A stretch of DNA of 64,000 nt from Eledone cirrhosa (taxonomy: Eukaryota), in NCBI GenBank assembly GCA_964016885.1, contig OZ024740.1, positions 269,948,001 to 270,012,000 on the forward strand. The letters run 5' to 3'. The translations under genes were made by a program, and so were the position numbers. Below the pieces are notes generated by a model. It searched no databases. It worked only from the letters and a program-made list of their open reading frames with translations, and was not told the origin of the DNA. This document shows, one piece after another, positions 55,393 through 64,000 of this stretch. Position 1 is the stretch's first letter, and the number at the start of each line of letters is the position of its first letter.

Positions 55393-58015
55393 TTATCTCT
55401 TTCTCTTAATTTCGAGTATATTTTTTTGACCGGCCACCTTCCTGGTGGCAAGCTTGTAAAAGAAAAGAAATTGTCATCCCTTGAATCGCAAGAATGTTTT
55501 GCAAATTTTGAAGGTGCCAGCTATCGCAGCCATTTGTAGACTATGAATTAGGGAGCTGCGCTTTTTGTCCGCAAATCCAAGTTCAGTCATACTTTGGTCC
55601 AAGCGAGTTGGTATATAACCCATAGCTCCAATAATGATGGGTATGAAGCTAAAGGTGTATCTTGAATACTGGATTTGTAAACTCCTTATCAATTGTCCGT
55701 CGATGTCCTCCTTCTCCTGTATTTTTCTGACAACGTTTACATCAAGTGGGCAGCTGATCTCCACAACAGAACACGTTTTGAATGTGTGGTCCCAAACAAC
55801 AATACCAGGCCGGTTGTGCTTTAATTTGGTGGCAGTTTTTATTTTCAGGTTCCATCAGTATTCCTTAGTGCCATCTGTCCCAATATATTCTTCCTCGTTT
55901 GTTGTTAATTTTCTTTTCCGAAGTGCGTTCCAGATGGTTCTAGCTATCCCATCGTGTCTCATGGGGAGGTAGTAGCGAGATGACATTCTTTCGCAGCTGG
56001 CAACAATGTGGCTTACATCCTCGATCTTTGTTTTACATAGCCTACATTTATTGTCAGCTGCTGGCCCTCCCCTTTTGTGCAGCAGATATTTGGTAGGGAG
56101 TTCTTGTTCTTGTATTGCATAGAGATATCTCTCAAGGTGTGATGTCATAAACTTGTCGGAACTCCATGCCAGGCTTTTTGAGTGGTTTATCCCCTCTATG
56201 GTCTGTGTTTTACGTCTTAAGTATCCATGCACAACTTTTTCTGTAAATTTTTTCATCTTGTTTGAACATTGAATAGGATCTTCCGATTTCTCTGGGTGAG
56301 AGATTTATATCAGGCTTTATTCCATATCTCTCCTCCAGATCAGTGGCTATTCTAATGATATTTATTTTTCATGCTCATAAACCTGGGCAAGATGGTTGCC
56401 AACCTTTTTCCTCTGTTGAAGGTGTATGTATGTATGTATGTTTTCTCTTTCTCTTAATTTCGAGTATATTTTTTTGACCGGCCACCTTCCTGGTGGCAAG
56501 GTTGTAAAAGAAAAGAAATTGTCATCCCTTGAATCGCAAGAATGTTTTGCAAATTTTGAAGGTGCCAGCTATCGCAGCCATTTGTAGACTATGAATTAGG
56601 GAGCTGCGCTTTTTGTCCGCAAATCCAAGTTCAGTCATACTTTGGTCCAAGCGAGTTGGTATATAACCCATAGCTCCAATAATGATGGGTATGAAGCTAA
56701 AGGTGTATCTTGAATACTGGATTTGTAAACTCCTCATCAATTGTCCGTCGATGTCCTCCTTCTCCTGTATTTTTCTGACAACGTTTACATCAAGTGTGCA
56801 GCTGATCTCCACAACAGAACACGTTTTGAATGTGTGGTCTCAAACAACAATACCAGGCCAGTTTTTATTTTCAGGTTCCATCAGTATTCCTTAGTGCCAT
56901 CTGTCCCAATATATTCTTCCTCGTTTGTTGTTAATTTTCTTTTCCGAAGTGCGTTCCAGATGGTTCTAGCTATCCCATCGTGTCTCATGGGGAGGTAGTA
57001 GCGAGATGACATTCTTTCGCAGCTGGCAACAATGTGGCTTACATCCTCGATCTTTGTTTTACATAGCCTACATTTATTGTCAGCTGCTGGCCCTCCCCTT
57101 TTGTGCAGCAGATATTTGGTAGGGAGTTCTTGTTCTTGTATTGCATAGAGATATCTCTCAAGGTGTGATGTCATAAACTTGTCGGAACTCCATGCCAGGC
57201 TTTTTGAGTGGTTTATCCCCTCTATGGTCTGTGTTTTACGTCTTAAGTATCCATGCACAACTTTTTCTGTAAATTTTTTCATCTTGTTTGAACATTGAAT
57301 AGGATCTTCCGATTTCTCTGGGTGAGAGATTTATATCAGGCTTTATTCCATATCTCTCCTCCAGATCAGTGGCTATTCTAATGATATTTATTTTTCATGC
57401 TCATAAACCTGGGCAAGATGGTTGCCAACCTTTTTCCTCTGTTGAAGGTGTATGTATGTATGCATGTTTTCTCTTTCTCTTAATTTCGAGTATATTTTTT
57501 TGACCGGCCACCTTCTTGGTGGCAAGGTTGTAAAAGAAAAGAAATTGTCATCCCTTGAATCGCAAGAATGTTTTGCAAATTTTGAAGGTGCCAGCTATCG
57601 CAGCCATTTGTAGACTATGAATTAGGGAGCTGCGTTTTTTGTCCGCAAATCCAAGTTCAGTCATACTTTGGTCCAAGTGGGTTGGTATATAACCCGTAGC
57701 ACCAATAATGATGGGTATGAAGCTAAAGGTGTATCTTGGATACTGGATTTGTAAACTCCTCATCAATGGTCCGTAGATGTCCTCCTTCTCCTGTATTTTT
57801 CTGACAACGTTTACATCAAGTGGGCAGCTGATCTCCACAACAGAACACGTTTTGAATGTGTGGTCCCAAACTACAATATCAGGCCGGTTGTGCTTTAATT
57901 TGGTGGCAGTTTTTATTTTCAGGTTCCACCAGTATTCCCTAGTGCCATCTGTCTCAATATATTCTTCCTCGTTCGTTGTTAATTTTGTTTTCCGAAGTGC
58001 GTTCCAGATGGTTCT
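55393..58015 (-). mobile_element. Three head-to-tail 5'-truncated R4/Dong-type RLE LINE copies separated by (CATA)n
   Basis: Copies at 55393-56422, 56441-57448 and 57467-58015; CRLCKTKIEDVSHIVASC knuckle, RHD, NRPDIVVWD..VVEISCP (PD-D/ExK endonuclease), IPIIIGA.G. Confidence 0.9.
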
Positions 58016-58063
58016 TATGTATGTATGTATGTATGTATGTATGTATGTATGTATGTATGTATG

Positions 58064-58095
<32 letters not shown>

Positions 58096-58332
58096 AGGTA
58101 AACAGAAATAACAACACAATCGGTACAGAATATATTAGGTTAACGCTTGAAATAGCAGGAAGTAAGTCTTAACGTTTCGGACGCTAGTCCTTCAGAATAA
58201 AAAATTAAAAATAAGAAAGAATGAAGGGACGGGTGGGTTGTAATTGGTAAACATATGTTTAGATAAAAATAACAGGTCCATTAATGTTGTCATCTCTTGG
58301 AAAACTGTTGATTCTGGCGTTTTGCATATGAT

Positions 58333-58452
<120 letters not shown>

Positions 58453-58844
58453 GAGAGAGAGAGAGAGAACGGGAAAGAGATAATTCGTTGGTGTATCTCA
58501 AGGAATCTACTATACATATATATCTTATGAATAAAGTAGTTCTAAACTGTCTTATTGTTCTTTTAATACTTGTTTTCCATGGCGTCTGTTATTGTTAATT
58601 AAAGTACGGTATAATTCACAATGAAGTCGTATTAGAGATTATTAGTTACAATAGGAACCGTTTATAAACGTATAACCTAATAGTTATAGGTTTACAGCCT
58701 GTTATTTGCTAGTTATAAGCTATAATCCTTTTACTGGTTAGGCTATAATCCTATTAATAACTAGCCTGTTGCTATAAAGTGTAATAAAACTATTGCTTGC
58801 TGGTTGTGTTAAAAACTTTTACCATACGCATTATTTGATTATTA

Positions 58845-59035
58845 GGGCGGTGGATTGGCAGTGGATTGTAGAGGGTCGGTCGCCATGCTTTCCAGCATAG
58901 TTACGTGCCTTTACGATCTGAGTTCAAATCGCGCCGAGGTTGACTTTGCCTTTCATCCTTACGGGGTCGATAAAATAAAGTACCAGTAATGCACTGGGTA
59001 ATTGCTGGCCTTGTGCCTAAAGTAGAAACAATTAT
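58845..59035 (+). mobile_element. Full-length tRNA-SINE with target-site duplication attatttgattatta
   Basis: gggcggtggattggcag...agaaaca; attatttgattatta on both sides. Confidence 0.9.
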
Positions 59036-59075
59036 TTGATTATTAGTTGAATATCCTTAAATAAATATAGTAAAA

Positions 59076-59147
<72 letters not shown>

Positions 59148-60437
59148 GTATTCATATTCATATCTCGTAAATTAGGTTTATTTATAGCATTGCTCAGGTG
59201 ATCTTTGTGTTCAATTCAGTTGTATCTTTTCAATATAAAATGAAAGTGCTTTTGCTTCAAAATGTTACACTATTCAATCAAAATCATAGAGCTGATGTTC
59301 CAACCCTTGTGGATTTGGTATGTAATTGTCATCCACCCTTCAATTGCTGTTTGAAATGATGTTAATTTATATAAATTGTAAATTCTATAATATGATTTCA
59401 AATCGTTTGATAAATGTATGAACTTAAATTTAACCTTTAATAGGCTTCTTATCATATATATGAATAGATTTAACAAAAGGTTAGCTTACGCACAAACTTT
59501 GCTTTTCATGCCATAATATACCGTATCTGACGATACTCAAAGTATATTGTATATATGGGCGTGCATGTACACTGTTATTTCTAATAAAATGTGTTAATTA
59601 AAATTTCCCACAATTTCATATATCTAGTGATTACGTACGAATATTTACTACTGAAATAGAATTCAAGCGCAGCATGACTTATAATTAATTAATGCTACAA
59701 TATATCTGAGTATGAATATGAATCAAGTAAATTTGATTGTAGCTAAGCCTTTTGGCCTCTGTTTGACTTATAACGTGACTTGGTAACTTATAAACCATAA
59801 ATTCAATGAAATTGTCTTTTTCATGTGAACATTATGCGTTAACATTTAATTTCTCTTAGATTTCTGATAAGAATTTGCACCTTCAACAGTAATTTCACGT
59901 GGTACGACATAAAAATAAATGCCCTTTGCATCGACTTAGTAGTCAAACTATATAGCCCAGACACGTGAAGTCAATGTACAATGTATTTGCATGTCGATGA
60001 TATTACACACTGGTTAGATAGTGTGCAGAGTATTCGATTTGTTAGACTAAGAATATTATCTAGAATCAATATGAAAACACTAATGGTAGTGTGTGTTAAT
60101 TTATACATAATTATCAAAAGTTTAAAAATCAATTGTAGTTTTTTCAGACATCATATTTTCCTGTCTTGATGTGATTACAGCCTGTTATTTGCTAGTTATA
60201 AGCGATAATCCTTTTACTGGTTAGGCTATAATCATGATGATAATTTGTGAAGTTCAAATTTCACTTAGGATTTCGTCCTCGTCTTAGCTGCAAATAATTT
60301 AGAATATTATGATACGATTTAGTTCTTCTGTCGCACGTTTTCTATAATTACTCCGCCATTTTCATCCACGTTTTCTATAATTACTCCGCCAAATACATCC
60401 ACCGTGCAATTTTGCCCATCATCTCACATACAAAAAC

Positions 60438-60863
60438 AATAATTGTTTCTATTTTTGTCACAGGGCCAGCAATTATTGCAATGTATTACTGGTACTTTAT
60501 TTCATCGACCCCGAAAGGATGAAAAGCAAAGTTAACCTCGGCGGGACTTGAACTCAGATCATAAAGGGCTGTAACTCTTTGCTGCAAAGTATGACGTCCG
60601 ACCCTCTACCGATACTGCCAAATAATAATTGTTTCTACGTTTGGCACAAGGCCAGCAATTACCCAGTGCATTACTGGTACTTTATTTTATCGACCTCGTA
60701 AGGATGAAAGGCAAAGTTAACCTCGGCGGGATTTGAACTCAGATCATAAAGGGCCGTAACTCTTTGCTGCAAAGTATGACGTCCGACCCTCTACCAATAC
60801 TGCCAAATAATAATTGTTTCTACGTTAGGCACAAGCCCACAAATTACCCAGTGTATTACTGGT
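60438..60863 (-). mobile_element. Tandem SINE array, about 183-bp period
   Basis: Two near-complete units plus a 3' fragment. Confidence 0.88.
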
Positions 60864-62109
60864 ATAATACGAATAAATAGCATGCGAGTTCGAACATTTT
60901 AGTTTCACCCTACTACTGTAATTTGCTAAACCATACTAATATTCCAAAATCAGTAAAATTAGTTTTAACTAAATTTTATTCAAGAGAAAAATGCAGCAAG
61001 GTTTATTGAATTCAATAAAATATTCAAAATTATGCAAACATTAAACGTTAATCCTTCACAAAAAACGCAGTTGTGATTGTCTTAGTGAACCCTATGTATT
61101 TAATACAATTGGATTCGTTTCTTTTTCATATTTTATTGCTGTTTCAAATATTACCCCTGGATGTCTCTTAGAAATCATTGTTTTCACGTCAAATCCAAAC
61201 ACAATTTTTTTTTCTTTTACTTTGGCAACATGTTTAACGTGTACGTTTATCATTTGTCCATTCCCTCCCTTTTCCGTTTTTATTTTATTTTTATATATAA
61301 TTTCCTATTTTACATTCCATCATTTCTTCTCAATCTAAATTTTATTATTTTCTTTTTCTATTAAACTGTATTTACATGATATATTCCATAGATAAATATG
61401 CAACTATGATTACTACTATTACTACTACTATTACTGCTGCTGCTGCTACTACTACTGCTGCTGCTGCTGAAAAAATATATTCCACAACTCACAACCTCGC
61501 ACAAAACATTACTTTATAAACTTTTTGGGACATATATATATAATTTATTGGTTTGTAACATTTAGTTACTGTTGGTTCATCGGTTTGAGCACTCAATAAC
61601 ATTCGTTCCTTGAGCTGATTGATCGCGAAATGTGCGTCACACGTGAATAAATTCGCAACATTCATTTGATTATTAATTATTTTCTGTTTAAAGAGAAGCC
61701 TATTTCTTCAATGAAATTTGAAAGATTATTTTCACGACAAATATCAAATGTGTTTGTTTTGTTTGCACTGCATTTATTCAAAGAAGTATACAATATATTT
61801 ACAGAAGGTTCAGGTTTAAAACTGATCGTGATATGTTTCGTATATGTTTTACCAGTTTTTATAACTGGGTTGTGACTGTAGTAGGGAGTTATCTATCATA
61901 TCTTCTCGAGTAATTATTTCAGTTGGGCACTTATCATGAATAGACAAAATCATTAGAACGTCGAATAGAACGCTTTACAGTATACCGTCTGGCTTTCTAC
62001 GCTCTCTGATTTCAAATCCCCCCGATACCAACATTGAATTTTATCCTTACGATGTCGGAAAAAAGTACAAATCTACAAATGGAGTTGATTATTTCTATAT
62101 ATATCTTAA

Positions 62110-62240
62110 GGCATGTGGCTGATTGGTTAGAGAACTTGATTCGTAATCGTGAGGTTGTCAGTCCGATTCCTCGACCGGGCGATACGTTATGCCCTTGAGC
62201 AAGACACTTTATTTCACGCTGCTCCTTCACGCTGCTCCTT
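62110..62240 (+). mobile_element. Second tRNA-derived SINE family (CORE/V-like ccttgagcaagacactt motif)
   Basis: A box tggctgattggttag, B-like gtccgattcc; related head on the - strand at 49800-49885. Confidence 0.6.
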
Positions 62241-64000
62241 CCGCCGATAGTTAGTATTAGCAATTGGAAAGTTCAACGGAAACATTGCTTCCTCAGTCCG
62301 ATTTGACGAAAGTCGATCGACAATTTTTTTTTATATTTTAACCCACCGCCCTATAATGAGATTGTCTACGTTCAGACCAGGAGTTGGATGGGCTCCTCAG
62401 TTTAAAGTGTCCAACACGCACCAAATGTAAGAAGGCCAGGATTTTCAATGCAGTAAATTCTACCTCCCAAATATCTTTGTCCGACGCTCTTCCAATTTGT
62501 TCAATTGATTTAAAATATAGTGAAAGCGAAAATAAAACAAGCACAGCATAACCATGATTTAATTTTATAGATCATATTTGTTTGATAATGTTGATATTTT
62601 GATGATTTGACATGAAGTCAGAATTTGTGATTTTAGATTTTAGTGATGACATTCATATGTAATAGCTATCAAAACTTTTAATACACTGTCAAAACTTTTA
62701 TACACTTGTTTCTATTATAAATTCACAGTATATTTTGACAGTTTTCTTAACCTTTAAATCAATTCTTAATCCTCAATTAGTGGCGAGTTGAATTAGTGTG
62801 AAATATAATTTTTTTCACAAACGAACATGCGAAATTGAACACACGTACACAAGCACACACACGCGCACACATTTGTTTGCGTGATTACGTGCAAGCATAT
62901 ATGTGAGCGTATGCCTGTAGTAGGATAATCGATTTAATCATCGTTTGGATTTGGCAAATAATTTGTTCTCTCTTTTTAATATCACCTATTAATTCTCTTA
63001 ACTCGCTTGATAGGCAATTGCGTTACATTAAATTGTACTTATTCTGTTAAATTGTCATTCTATAGTGTCAAATGTTGTTTATATCCTATTAAATATTGCG
63101 TTTTCTTTAGTTTATAGGAGACGTTGAAATTACAATTAATTTTCCCTTCATTCAACTTATCGCTAAATTTTAGAATTCAAAGAGAAAAACAAAATTGAAT
63201 TGGTAAAGAGAGAGAAAAAGATTATTCGAATATCATGTCTACTTCAATTTAACTTTCACGATTTCCATTTATATATTTATTTATCTTCTTCCACGTCGTA
63301 AAATTGTATCGTGGAAACTGTTCTACTAAAGATAATGTTAATTTAAATGTCAGATATAAAAAAACAAATACAATTGTTATGTGGTTATATTGTTATCTTT
63401 AGAAGAAACTCCATTGCGTCTTTTAGACGCATAGATTTTGTATGAAAACACACATGCTACTATTTCTTCAGCCCAGATCGAAAAAAGCCTATAGTCAAAG
63501 ACATTCTACGCGTATCATTCTACCCGCATTTTGACACACATAATGTATCCAGGATTATATTATCTAATGTGAGATTTGAGGAAGAATTGGGTGCAAAGCA
63601 AGTGATACTGAAGAGGCCTGCCATGTCGGATAGTCTTAGAAAAATATTTAAATGAGTTGTAAACGATATTTGATTAAATTAATCAATATATTATTGGTGC
63701 ATGTGGTCCCGTTCCCACTTAGGAATTAACGAAAACGTAGAAGTCGAAGAGAAACAGAAAATAGTCTTGTCTTCTTTAAAACCTTCATGTCGGTACTCAA
63801 GCAATTCCTATTTCTCCTAAATTTTAGTTTCAATACTTAATCATTAAAAAATATTCGAATTAAGGTGTATGTATAAGGTTGTTTCGCTCCGGGTCTACTA
63901 TGATGGAACCAACCTATTATGTAAAGCGTTCCAACCTGAGCCATCCCAGGTTTCTTTTCTTTTCAGACATTGAGTATCTAATAATATATCATTCAATGTA

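Noticed and set aside
62338-62544. 68-aa ORF or short exon in a slightly GC-richer patch
   Set aside because: No recognisable domain and ambiguous splice signals

Overview
Eukaryotic, AT-rich, microsatellite-saturated DNA that is almost entirely repeats. The dominant tRNA-derived SINE and the (TA)n/(CA)n/(CATA)n landscape suggest an octopus or other coleoid cephalopod (inference). No intact host gene is evident; at most there is a B-box-like terminal exon at 39988-40098 (-). Recognisable elements: three Tx1/L1-clade LINEs (one near full length), R4/Dong-type and CRE-type RLE-endonuclease LINE fragments, RTE fragments, at least four Penelope-like (GIY-YIG) elements plus many orphan Penelope-type termini, a non-autonomous Helitron, and more than a dozen SINE copies. 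The most notable signal is a dense and diverse set of type I hammerhead ribozymes read directly from the sequence. These include a 469-bp non-coding tandem/inverted repeat with three perfect minimal hammerheads (retrozyme-like), canonical motifs at Penelope 3' ends, and family-wide non-canonical cores (U3-A8 covariant UUGAGAA/UUGAAAA, U4A CAGAAGA). Different retroelement families also appear to occupy different microsatellites. All folds were assigned by eye; no ribozyme activity is demonstrated.
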